Positions 49,834-62,617 of a stretch of 64,000 nucleotides of DNA are shown here, piece by piece. The DNA is from Octopus vulgaris (taxonomy: Eukaryota): the NCBI GenBank assembly GCA_951406725.2, contig OX597826.1, forward strand, positions 84,010,001 to 84,074,000, in the 5' to 3' direction. A model generated the notes under the pieces. It was not told the origin of the DNA, did not search any database, and saw only the letters and a list, made by a program, of their open reading frames with translations. The first letter of the stretch is position 1. The number at the start of each line of letters is the position of its first letter. The position numbers and the translations under genes were made by a program.

Positions 49834-51366
49834 TGTTATTTTCTTTATCAAGTCCTTTGTAAAAAAGATTTTTGTTTATAGTTCTTGCACTCTCTTCTTC
49901 AACCTTTCTCGCCCTTTGTAATTTCTTTGTGTAGGAGATTATAGTGTAGATCTACATCTATATTGCATAGATTTTCTCTCTTTCTTGCTCTTCCTCTCTT
50001 GCTTTTTCCTCTCTATCTCTCCCTCTCCCTTCCTCTCTAGCTAGGTAACCATGTACCTCATCTACAGCAAGTCACCCTTTTTTTTTGTCTCTCTGCCACA
50101 CTTTAACCTTTCATAAGCTGACACAAGATCACTTTCTCCAATGTCCCCTTTCCTTTCAAAGATTCCCTGTCTTGCAAGTTACTTGGTGACCCTGCCAGTG
50201 CTGGTGCCACATGAAAAGTGTCCAGTCCACACTGTAAAGTGGATGGGCATTCAGCTATAAAAACCATGCCAAAAAGACAAGTTTGGTGCAATCTTCTGCC
50301 TGACCAGCTCCTGTCAAACTGTCCAACCCATGGCAGCATGGAAGGTGGACATTTGATGAGGATGATGATGAATGAGGAAGGGTGAGTGGATAGGTTTATT
50401 GGTGTGAGAGGAGAGTGACAGAGAGTTGGAGATGGGTGTTAAGCTGGAACAAGGGTGTGTAGTAAGTGGAACAAGGGTGGAGGTGTGGTTGAGAGTAAAT
50501 ATGAGTATGGATTGGAGAGTGTAAAAAAAACAGGAGTGGCTCAGGAAAAAGGTGATCAATCAAGGTTCAGGAAAGGAAGAGAGCAGATGTAGAATAAATT
50601 TGTAGGGAGATCAGAAAATATGGAGAGGATGTCTATGATGGGAGAGTAGTGGGGAGATAACTATATCTGTTATCTATGCTGATTGAATAAAACATAGATT
50701 TTGATGCTGCTTGTTTTAAGAATATTTGAATGCATTTTATAACCATATATTTTATGTGGTCAGAAACTGTTCAATTAATTTATATACTACTAAAACTCTC
50801 TGCTTGCTTGCTTGTCTGTCATTTAATGCAGCTAAACTGGCACATAATGGAAAAATATTATAAATTAAGGTACCCTTGAAATGTGAATAAAAATGGAATA
50901 AAGCAGGTTTTGCATAAATAGGACCAGGGATTCCTGAGATATTGGAGGGTTTGTGGGTATTCATAAATACTCAAAACAGTGCATAATGGGAAAATACTCT
51001 GGAAATAGCATCATCCTGGAAGGGAAGAAACTCTAACCTTTCGATTAGAGACATGATCAATGTCTTCTCTATTTTGAAGACAAACTTCATGACCTGGGAC
51101 TTTGACTTGCCAATGCGAGTTGTTTTTACAGTAAATGTTTCAATTTTCGCTTTTGTTAAACTCAATATACTCTTTTACTTGTTTCAGTCATTTAACTGTG
51201 GCCATGCTGGAGCACCACCTTTAGTTGAGCAAATCGACCCCAGGACTTATTCTTTGTAAGCCTAGTACTTATTCTATCAAACCACTAAGTTACGGGGATG
51301 TAAATACACCACCATCGGTTGTCAAGCAATGTTGGAGGAGACAAACACAGACGCACAAATGTATAT

Positions 51367-51399
<33 letters not shown>

Positions 51400-51572
51400 C
51401 ATATATACGACAGGCTTCTTTCAGTTTCCGTCTACCAAATCCACTCGCAAGGCTTTGGTCGGCCCGAGGCTATAGTAGAAGACACTTGCCCAAGGTGCCA
51501 TGCAGGGAGACTGAACCTGTAACCATGTGATTCGTAAGCAAGTTACTTACTACACAGCCACTCATACACCTA

Positions 51573-52446
51573 TCTTAATAATTTAGAAATATTTTTAAGT
51601 GAATGTGATTTCAAAAAATACAAGTTGTTTGTACAGTAGGTATTTATATGTTTGCTTTCTTTAAACAGACAATGTTTTAATTTTCTAAAAATTATTTTCA
51701 TGGGGAAATATTTTGTAAAGGACTTGTTTGTACCTCAGTGTGAAATAATTTTGTTCCACAGATTTTTTCAAGTGCATTCGACGTATCTGACTCCCAAGCC
51801 CACTGCAAGCCACTTTTTCTGGAAAAGAAAGAGGTGGAGAAATGGTGGGGACTACAGAGTTTCCTGGGAAACTCGCAATAAAGGACCCGAAATAGCTGTT
51901 ATGTGGTAGCAGGGCGTGTTAGGAATAGCAGCCAAATCTTTCCTTTTCAGGAGAAAGGAGCCATTTACACATGATTTCAATGTCACATTCATTGAAAGCA
52001 TGCAAAATAACATGGAGAAAAAACCCCCCACAAAACAAAACTCCATTGGTGGGAAACTTGGAGCTTCCTGGGAAACTTCAAGGTCCCCACCACCCTTCCC
52101 TCACCTTTCTTTTCTGGAAGAAAGTAGCTTGCAGCAGGCTTTATAGGTGAGATACATTGAATGCACTTGAAAAATCCTGTACAAAAAATAATTTCACGCC
52201 GAAGTACAAATGGGTCCATTACAAAATATTTACCCTAAATCAGGACAGGCATGTGAATAGAAGGATTGAGGAAACTGCTAAAGCAAGGGCTGAGTGTCTG
52301 GCAGAACAGAGGGAAAGAGACAGAAGCAGGAGAGGTCAGGAATCGAACACTCGGAAAGTCAAACATCTGGTAAAACAGAGGGAAAGATACATGATGAACT
52401 GGATGCTCGAACTATTGGTGACCCAATGGATCACGGGTAGTCTGGT
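51573..52446 (+). mobile_element. Probable Helitron-derived element containing a ~170-bp imperfect inverted repeat
   Basis: Arms ~51702-51875 and ~52060-52235; charged repeat EETAKARAECLAEQRERDRSRR like Helitron N-termini; ends with an accc...gggt hairpin and CTGG|T. Confidence 0.45.
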
Positions 52447-54987
52447 ATAAACTAGAATTATAACAAGCAACCATAATATCTCTTAATATTCTTATGAATT
52501 TAAATTTCACTTATTCTGTAACTAGTTGACACATTTTATAAATTCTTTGTGTTACAGAATTATTTCCATTGTCTTTGGAAAATATTATTTGCATTTCTTT
52601 CAAAAATGTTAACTTATCTGTACACATCTCCTTTCAATTTTTTTTTTTTTTGTATTTTTATGCTAGTGGCTCTCAAATATTTGAGCCCTTTCCCAAATAT
52701 AACTGAAAACTTTTGCTTTTGCCTCCCAATTTTTAATAAGGAAAAGAAATAAAAAGTTTGTATTCATGTAATTCTTTCTTTGCTGTGGTATTAGACAAGC
52801 ATAAATAGCTTTCAAAGTATCATAATTTTGTTAATCATAGCAATTTGTTTGCTCTTTTTTCAAGTTTTTCTACCTCCATCAGGTGGGAGGGATCTGTCCC
52901 TCACTAACCATTTAAAAACATTATTATTCAATCAGATATGTAAGATATTTAAAATTGCACCTTATAAATTGAATTACTACAAATATAATGCTTTTGCCCT
53001 GCCTCTGATATTTTTTAATTACTTTCATAAAGAAATAGTTATATCTAATTTTCTTTCATTAATATTAGCCATTAAATGACAATTGATAGTATATCATCGA
53101 TTGATATGCATTCCAACTTCTGATTAATGTCACAGGATAGAGTAAGTTATGCTTTACGAGAAATTGAAACAAATTATATTATTTAGTTGCAAGGTTTAAG
53201 ACAATTCCTCCACCACCATAACCATATTGCTTTGTTTTCATCCCAGCAAAAGACTAATAGAATAAGTACCAGGCTTAAAGAGAAGTCCTGGTGTTGATCT
53301 TATTGACTAAACCCGTCAAGGCAGTCCCCCAGCATGGCTGCAGTCCTAGGATTGAAACTAGTCAAAAATCAAAGCTAGGTGCCAGCACAGCTCTTTGGTT
53401 AAGTCGTCTGCTTTGTAACCATGTTGTTCCAGGCTCAGTCCCACTGTGCTGCACTTTGGGTGTCTTCTACTATCAATGGGTTATAGTTGAAGACACTTGG
53501 GAGTGAAACTGGTAAACAAACTGTGCAGAAGCCATGTGCATCTTTGTGCCTCTCTTGCTACTTCATAACTATTGTTGGCTTATGACCTTGTAACTTAGTA
53601 ATTTGTCAAACAGAGATTGAAAGCATAAGTACCAGACTTTAAAATAACTCGTACTGGGGTTGATTTGATTCACTAAATTCTTCAGGTTTATAACAAACAG
53701 GTAAAAGAATATAACAATAAGGTTTTTTAGAGATCTTTATCAGCAGATAGTTTTAAAATCTTTTTGTGAAAGATAGTGTAGACCAAAGCAAGATAATGGA
53801 ATCCATAAAGAATTAAATATCTGAGATATGTTGATTAGATTAGAAATTTTCAAATTATTAACTTTATTTTTTTAACCCTTTCATGTTTCTGTTGAAATCC
53901 ACTACCATTATTTCTATTAATTTTTGAAATAATGAAGACTAGCAAAATATTTTGTCATTTTAAGCTGGTGTTTGGAACAAATGAAGGCGCAGGAGTGGCT
54001 GTGTAGTAAGTAGCTTGTTTACCAACCACATGGTTCCGGGTTCATTCCCACTGTGTGGCAACTTGGGCAAGTGTCTTCTACTTCACTGACCTTCTGTTAA
54101 TGTCAGGAGTTTCCATAAATCAGATTCTCGTACTTATGTAAATGTGAAAAGAAACAAATTTGGTTTCTCCTGCTAGCTAAAGGAAATTTCTCATTTTTGT
54201 GATCTTCCCCAATTTAACCCCTGTCCTTCTTTCTTGATCTCGGCTCCCTTCCTTTTAATTTGTTCACCTTCATGACCATTCGTATTAATGTGTATTGACA
54301 TATCTCTCCCATATGTTTTGATGCTTGTCTTTTTTACTAGAACAATATAGAAAACAACCCATGCTAGCATGGAAAATGGATGTAGAATGATTGTGTTTTT
54401 GTTGGTATTTATACTCACAATACTTTTATAATTGCTGCATCTCTTGACCCTTCCCCACTCTCTACCTTTGTTATTAGTCTCTTTAACTCCTCATTATTCC
54501 GCTTCTAACACTTTGCTTTGTCATCCTCATCACTGACCTCCTATTTACCATTTTGGCATGGATATATATCGACTTCATTACTTCATTCACTGTATGTATA
54601 TTCTCAGTATTTCATTAAACATTTAAAAAATGCTTTTCTTTAATAGGTTAAAAGTTTGGCCCAAAACATCAACATTATTTTCCCTTCACCCAATACAAAC
54701 TTTATGAATGTATGAAATTCACTAAATATTTAATACACTCCACTTTAGTTTCCCCAGTTTCTGGTATTTTTCCTATATATTATGTAATAGACTTAGCATG
54801 CTCTCCATTTGTGTATGTTCCTCCATGTCTACTATTATGTTGATAAACATCCTGTTCATGTTCACTTGTAAATCTACATACAAAAACCTGAAACTAAAGG
54901 CTACCAACACTATAGATTCTTTATGCTTTATGATGAAATTATTAACTTCAAGCTTTTGACTTTTCACCTCCTTTTACAGTTGTTGTG

Positions 54988-55186
54988 ATGGATGAAAAAT
55001 GGGTCTGTTACCGCTGTACTTACAAAAACTCTCCACTCAATCTACGATGTATGATGTGTGAAACTTTAAGAGAAACCAATCCCAACACTGGAAAATGGAA
55101 ATGTTTGGCTTGTTCTTTCTCTGGAAACTCACTATGGTGTCAGTCATGTGATAATTGCGGAAATTTTCAAGATGACCTGTTGGCAT
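54988..55186 (+). CDS. CAPN15: Calpain-15/SOL-like protein, coding exon 1 (two RanBP2-type zinc fingers)
   Basis: Acceptor ttttacag at 54979, ATG at 54988, WVCYRCTYKN...CMMC and WKCLAC...CDNC, donor GTAAGT at 55187 (phase 1). Confidence 0.8.
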
Positions 55187-56058
55187 GTAAGTCCCTTTGC
55201 TTATTTCTTTGGAGGATGAAAAATAAAAACTGAAATAGTAGAAATCCTGTTAGAGATGATTTGGCACCAGATCCAGATTTAGACCTGATAAAACCTTAAG
55301 CTTTGATGAGTTAGAAAGAGGGGTGCTGATGGCAGACATGAGAAGCTGTTCAGAGAAAAGAAGCATTCAGTGGACACATATTGGTAAGGAATGATGTTAG
55401 GAGTGCAAGATGTATGACAAGCGAAGTGGTTTCAAAGAAATGGGTTAGTAATTGTACAGAAAGGAGGAAGGAATGTGTGCAACTCTACTGCCTTATAGTT
55501 ATAGCAGTTGAGGAATAGTGCTATGGTTAGAAGGGTGAGAAAGTGATGGGTGTTGTGAAAATGAGTTGCTGAGAAGGCTTGACAAGTACAGATTGAGTGT
55601 GAAGCACAGATATTGACAATATACTTTTAAGACTTCACTTTTGCTGAGATGGACAGGTTTTCTCAAGCAAAGCAAATTGTCATTCCTCTTAGTCTTTTGT
55701 CATCTCCATGAGGTTCAACAACCTGAGGTTGGACTTCACTACTTCATCTCAATTCTTGGACCTATCTCTTCCACAAATTACATCCATATTAGAGATAGAC
55801 TGTTTTTTGTACTGCTGTCCTCATCCACAAGCAACACATAATCATACCAATACAGTCTTCTTTCTTGCACACTACACCTGATGCCGTTTATGCACTGGTT
55901 GGTTTCCTGAAGCTAGTGTTACAGATCATTTGTATCACAGAACTCCAAGAGCCTTGTTCTTTCCTCATTTCAGGAACCAAATCCACAGTATCCATGCACA
56001 CAGGGTGCTCTCCATTGAAGCCACCAGCCACAAAAATGTCACTGTCATTTCTCATCAA

Positions 56059-56935
56059 GGTGCATTATTTACATTTGACGGATATCTGTCTTCATCTTGT
56101 TTGTTGTTAACACAAGGTTTCAACTGATATAGTGTCTTGGGGAAATTTTGAACCTGGGTTCTCATTCCTAAGGTATTTTTCGATATTTTTATCATTATTA
56201 TTATCATTCAGGTCACTGCTTGGAATCAAACTCAGAATCTTGGGGTTAGTAGCCTGTGCTCTTAACCACTACACCATATGCCCATGGGCAAGTATGGAGT
56301 GAATTTTAGGGCTTATAAATTTAATATCTTCCTATCCTTCCTTAATACCGGTTCCCATATGCTGTCCAACCCATGCTAGCATGGAAAACGGACGCTAAAC
56401 GATGATGATGATGATGATGATGATGTCCATATCTGCACTTGGTCTGCTTAGGAGGTTGTTGTGTCTTAGCATATGTGCTACTTCTTTTAGTTTTCGTATT
56501 TTCCAGTGGTGTTCTCTGTCTATTATTTTAACTTCATCCCACATGATCAGCTATACCCTATTTATCAATATCTCCTCATGTCACAGCTTTGCGATGTTCG
56601 TCTACCCTTATTTTGCATGGGATGGAGTACACACAATCTTTGGGCATATTCTCTTCTATTGGTGGTTTTACTCAGAGATATTTGCAAAATGTTGTATTAT
56701 TCCTGAATACTGTGCTGATGTCATATGGACCGCATATCTTTTGTATCTTTTCGGAGAGGCCTTTCACATACCTTAGAATTGAGAACCCAGGTTTGAAATT
56801 TCCCCAAAACACCTGATGAAGGCTGGAGGGTATATCAGCTGAAACATTGTGGTAACAACAAACAAGATGAGGACAAATATCCATCAAGTGTAAATAATGT
56901 ACATAATTCCTCATCTCTTAAATATAGAACTGTAT
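56059..56935 (-). mobile_element. Penelope-like relic with GIY-YIG fragment and inverted pseudo-LTR
   Basis: Minus 56430-56775 translates YVKGLSEKI...CVYSIPC...RVDEH...IADHVWDEVKIIDREHHWKIRKLKE; 56063-56175 is an inverted repeat of 56769-56900. Confidence 0.8.
56808..56853 (+). ncRNA. Minimal type I hammerhead ribozyme motif, slightly degenerate
   Basis: aacac-CTGATGA-a-ggctg...cagct-GAAAC-att-gtggt: both core boxes, stem II and stem I, inside a PLE pseudo-LTR. Confidence 0.65.
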
Positions 56936-57444
56936 CATCAAGGTAGTCTAGAAAACACTTCATAAAAATTTATCCTTTTGTTTGTCCAGCAGTCCTGATT
57001 GAGGAGTTTAGGCATAGATTACAGTTGCTGTTGCATTTTCCAAGATCAAGTTTATTTATCAGATCACACACTTTGACTACCTTGATCACTTTATCCATCC
57101 AATTCTCTGGTAAAAGTATACCCACAGCCTCACAACATCACTGTTACCTTCCCAGAAGATTTTATTACCTATGTTCTTTATCTTTGAGGAGTCTGGCTGA
57201 GGCTCACTGCTATCTTACCTCTTGCATGCAACACACATCTACACACGTCTGTTTTAGCATCTCAACAATCTCACCAGGCCTAACTTCTAATGTGCCTGCA
57301 TTGCCTATGGCTGCTGAAGTATGTAGACAGGGTGGGAACAGCAAGTGTGAAGCAAGGAGATGGTTTTCATCATCTGAAAAGTGGTTTATGTGGCGGGTTT
57401 ACCTGTTGGCAAACTGCTCTTTCATTTTATGAACTACATAAATA

Positions 57445-57830
57445 TTGGGTTGTCTGAAAAGTTCGTGCCAATTTTTAAAGGAAAGAAAAAGTCAATAAAT
57501 ATTTGCCATTACATTTTTAATCAACCAAATATGAACCATTTTGTTGCACAATGCGTCTCCATCTTTCCCTTAACTTGAAAATACTTTCTTCCCAGAATTG
57601 AGGTGGTTTCATGACAAAGAATTCATCAAGGTATCTTTTTATGTCATCCAAGGAATTGAAATTTTTACTATTAAGACTATTCTGCAGAGACCTGAATAAG
57701 TCGAAATCAGAAGGTGCAATATCTGGTGAATATGGAAGGTGGGGGTAACACATCACAGCTGAGCTGCAGCAATTTTTGTCTGGTTCCCAAAGCATCAAGT
57801 ACCAAAAATGAACTTTCTTATCTTCCATTT
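57445..57830 (-). mobile_element. Internally deleted mariner relic
   Basis: YSPDIAPSDFDLFRSLQNSL...LRERWRRIVQQNGSY (mariner C-terminus) fused to the MEDKKVHF N-terminus; TA|TTGGGTTG terminus. Confidence 0.88.
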
Positions 57831-57891
57831 TAAAGGGTTACAGAATTAACACAGGATATAGGAACATAAACCGTCTTCCACAAAAAGATAG

Positions 57892-58925
57892 CTTAGAGTC
57901 AACCTAGCCAAAACCAAAGTCCTAATAAGTAGGAAGGTAGACAAATCACAAATGCCTTCAGGTAGATGGCCCTGCTCGATCTTTAGAAAAGGCATAGATA
58001 GAAACTCTATAAGATGTACCCAGTGTAAGCTATGGACACATAAGAAGTGCAGCAATATCAAAGGAAGGCTAACTGGGAAGATAGTTTTTGTATGTCCTCA
58101 GCTGTCATGGCCCATGTTTCACTGCCATGTAGCATGGCTGTTCATACACATGCATCATACAGTCTACTTTTTACTCTGAGCGAGAGGCCCTTTGTCACCA
58201 GCAGAGGTAAGAGCTCTCTGAACTTTGCCAAGGCTATTCTTATTCAAGCAGCTACACTTTCAGTGCACCCTTCCCCCACTACTGACTAGGTAACGGAAAC
58301 TACCAACTACTTCTAGTTTTTCTCCCTGGAATGTGGCGGAAGTTGTTCTCTGCACATTTTCAGTGTTTATTTCTCCTAAGCATCTGCCACATATGAAAAC
58401 TATCTTCCCAGTTAGCTATGTGTCCATAGCTTACACTGGGTACATCTTATAGAGTTTCTATCTATGCCTTTTCTAAAGATCGAGCAGGGCCATCTACCTG
58501 AAGGCATTTGTGATTTGTCTACCTTCCTACTTATTAGGACTTTGGTTTTGGCTAGGTTGACTCTAAGACCCTCGATTCTAATCCTTGTTTCCACATTTGA
58601 AACTTCTCCTCTAGTTCCGAAAGTGACTCAGCAATTAGGACAAGGTCATCAACATAGAGGAGCACCCAGGGGCATCCTGTCTTGAATTTCTCTGTTATTG
58701 CCTGGAGGACTATGATAAATAGGAGGGGGCTGAGGACTGAACCTTGGTGGACCCCTACATCTACCCGGAATTCTTCACTGTACTTGTTGCCAACCCTCAC
58801 CTTACTGACAGCGTCTCTGTACATGACTTGCACAGCTCTCACTAACCATTCAAGTATCCCTAGTTTCCTCATTGACCACCAGATAAGGGATCGGGGGACC
58901 CTGTCGAAGGCTTTCTCCATGTCAT
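57892..58925 (-). mobile_element. Rearranged RTE fragment forming a long inverted repeat
   Basis: Minus RTE 58096-58925 (MEKAFDRV...LLYVDD) plus a plus-strand duplicate at 57892-58095. Confidence 0.88.
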
Positions 58926-59341
58926 GTATATAATCATCATCATCATTTAACGTCCATTGGCCATGCTGGCATGTGTTGGATGTTTTGACTGAGGACTGGC
59001 ATGTAGGAAGGCTGCATCAGACTCCACTCTGATTTTGTATGGTTTTCTACAGTTGGATGCCCTTCCTAACACCAACCACTCTGAGTGTAATGAGTGCTTT
59101 TATGTGCTACCAGCATGGGTGCAAATTTGCATGACACTGGGGTGCATTTACATACAACTGGTACAGGTGCCAATTTGCGTGACACCGATTTCTGCACAAC
59201 TGTGATTTTGCTCGGCTTAATGGGTCTTTTTCTCAAGCACAACATAATGCCAAAGTTCTTGGACATTGCCTCCATGAGGCTCAACACTCGTAAGGAACTC
59301 AGTCACTTTGGGAGTATGTGTGTCCCTCTCTAACACTCATT

Positions 59342-59377
<36 letters not shown>

Positions 59378-60780
59378 GTATGTATATGTATATCCATGCC
59401 AGTGGCACGTAAAAGCACCCATTACACAGCTCTCCAATATTTTCAACCCTTTGGCATTCAGTTTCTTCTGTCAAATGCAAGGCCTATTCATTTACATTGT
59501 TTTGAATCAATTGTGGACCATCTTACAGCTTTGACATTTTCATGACGTGATTGCTTAATTTTAGGACATTGTAGGGTAGGAGTGAGAGGCTGCATCTGGC
59601 TGGTTTGAACAGAAAACAGAATATTTAGGCCAGTTATGGCCAGTTTGAATGCTAAAGGGTTAAATTATGAACAGAAACAAAGAGGATGGAGTGAAAAAAA
59701 TTATAAACTTTCAATTTTTCTTTTTATATAACAGCATACTTTTCTGTTAGTAAATATCCCTTTTTTTACACACACACACACTCATTATTTGGTGCTGGAG
59801 GGGGTTCACACATGCGCACACACACACTTTTGTCAAACTGGCATTTGACAAGTAGCATTAGTTTGCATTAATTCTGTACGAGCAGCTGTGGTAGTTCCCT
59901 TTTATCAACTTAGTGCTTTTGCATCATAACATGGCCAGATTTGCAATGTCTGTATTGAATTCACAAGAAATTTTTCTTTATGATATAAAAATCTTGAAGA
60001 AAATACATTTTTTTTAAGTGAAAATTAACATTAAAATTTTCTTTTATTTTTCATGATGATTATCTGACCTATTCCCATCAATTTTTATATCAGGATAAAA
60101 AAAAAAATCCTCTTCATGACAATATGATTTTCAACTCAAATCAAGTTATAGCACTTCAGTGCAATGAATTAGAATGAGTGCTACCATTCAGCAGTCAAAA
60201 ACAAAACCAAGCCAAATATTGTGTGAATGGGTGGAAATATGAGGGTGAATGAGAGAACCCAGTATGATATGTAAGTGTTAGATTTTGATCAAAAGCATGT
60301 GAGAAGGAACTTCACATCCAGAACTTTCAGTTGATGTATAATTGTCCACAGAAAAAAATGTATTTTGACATGAATGTCATCAATCAAAATGTAGAATTTT
60401 GTGCAGTCAAACTGTACTTGTCTCACCTTCTACAGAGCCTTACAGTGATACCTGCGATGAGCCACTGTGATTTTATTGTTGATCTGGGAACTCTAGCTTA
60501 GGTTATTGTTGGCAGTAATGCCTATATGTTTGATGTTACATTATGTTTTGCTTGAAAGAAGCAAAAGATGATCATTTTTTATCATAAGTCCACTCAGTCA
60601 GAGCTGCCCTAGCCTTAAACAATAGTTAAGTCTGCTTGCTCTAAGTAGCAGCTAACTTACAAAACAATTTGTTACAAAACATTTAAGATATCAACCATTT
60701 TCAGTTGCTCTTTGTTATATTCTCTATTTGATGATGTGTAATTTTTAAAAATTTTAACTTGTTTTCTTTACTCTTTTCAG

Positions 60781-61343
60781 CACGTAAAGACCTGGTACCA
60801 AATAAATTAAGTAAAGAAGATTTTTGGCAATGTAATGTCTGTACCTATCATTCTAACAATTCTAACAGAAGCACATGCACAATGTGTGGAACAATAAATG
60901 ACCATGTTGTAAATTCTGGAAAAACATGGACATGCTCTGCATGTACATTATTAAATCCAATTAGTGCCAAACAATGTGAAGTATGTGATACACCAATTTC
61001 AGAGGAGAGCTCTTTAAGCAAATGGACATGTCCTGTTTGTACTTGTGATAATTTTAATACTCTTACATGTAGATTTTGCCATTCTGAAAAAGTGTTGTCT
61101 AATGTTGTGAAAATGGAATGCAAATGGCAATGTAGTGAGTGCATGCATTTGAACAGTAATTCAAGGCCAGAATGTTTGTTATGTAAGTCTTTACATAATG
61201 ACAAGAGCAAATTAGAAGCTGGTTCTTCTAATGTATCAAGTTCTGACAAAGAGTTGAAGAGTTTGCAGACTACATGTATTATGAAATCCCAAGAAAAAGA
61301 AATTCTGAAAATTTGGAAAAACATATGTGTGTTTTGTGCTGAG
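60781..61343 (+). CDS. CAPN15: Calpain-15/SOL-like protein, coding exon 2 (four RanBP2-type zinc fingers)
   Basis: ttttcag acceptor; completes the phase-1 codon (T+CA); WxCxxC...CxxC four times; gag|GTAAGT donor (phase 0). Confidence 0.88.
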
Positions 61344-62429
61344 GTAAGTAGTAGGAAGCAAAATTTGATTTGATTCATATATCATAAGTATTGTTGTCTG
61401 GTTAAGCATCTTTAACTGGTTTTAACTTAAGTGGACCTTAGAGTAGGAACTAAAAAATTTCCTCAAAAATGTCTGTGCAAAGATTTAAATCTTAAAAATA
61501 ACCTTGTCAATTCTGCATAGCCCAGATTCAACTCCGATAAAGCTTATCTATGCTATGCAAATAATCTTCCAAACTATCATTATTTAATGTCCGTATTTCT
61601 TGCTAGCATGGGTTGGAAAGTTTGACTGGATCGAACAGGCCTGAGGACTGCATTACACTGCATTGTCTATATTGGCATGCTTTCTATGGTTAAATTTTCT
61701 TCCTAATGCTTACCATTTTACAGAGTGTACTGGGCCTTTTTTCATGTCACTGGCACATGTGAGGTCACCTCACAGCTTACTAGACTTCGATCCTTAGGAG
61801 GGTGGTTTATGCTAGGAGATTAGAGGTTAAAGTATAAGGAAGGGGCCAGAACAGAAAAGGTTCCTTGTTGTAGAGGAGCTATGTAGCTAGTGATACTATA
61901 AAAATGAGGGTGGAACCGGAATGAGATAAAAATAGTGGGTGGACCCTTGACGTAGGCAAGAAGCAACTGGAGAACAGAGTGTGGGTAAATGAATGTTCAT
62001 TAATTATTTTAGGATGTTATTTATTTTATTGATCTTAGTTTGGGACTTTTGTCATCAAACCACTAAGTTACGATTTTGACATAACGAGATGTGACTCTAC
62101 AATGTTTTACACCAATAAAAAATGAACTCAGATGCAGACATATACATAATGTTAATTGCACAGCAAGACGACCCCATAGATCTTAACCATCACTGCATAA
62201 GGAAAATTCACAAATAAGTAAAGTTAGGGGAAGTCTAAATGCCTTGCAGTCTTCCCTTAACTTTGAGTTCAAATTCTACTGAAGGTCAATAGAATAATTA
62301 GCAGTCAAGGAATGAGAGCAGCTAAATTGACTACACTCCTCCAGTTCAAATGTATACCCTTCTGTCAGTAATGCTAATTCTTATTTTATATTGCTGTTAA
62401 ACCTATATTTTTTCCCTCTTTACCAACAG

Positions 62430-62617
62430 CAAAATATTTGTTTTGTTGATGATTCCTTTCTACCATGTCCGAAATCCATATCCTGGTTACCCCAGTATCC
62501 TCATATAGTTGAATATGTACAATGGCTGCGACCATCTTCAATATCTTCACGAAGTTGGACTGTCTATGAAAATCCAAGACCTGATGATATTGTCCAAGGA
62601 AAAGTTGGTGACTGCTG
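62430..62617 (+). CDS. CAPN15: Calpain-15/SOL-like protein, coding exon 3 (start of the CysPc domain with catalytic Cys)
   Basis: ccaacag acceptor (phase 0); FVDDSFLP...QWLRP...PRPDDIVQGKVGDCW; donor tg|GTAAAC. The gene continues beyond the window. Confidence 0.9.
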
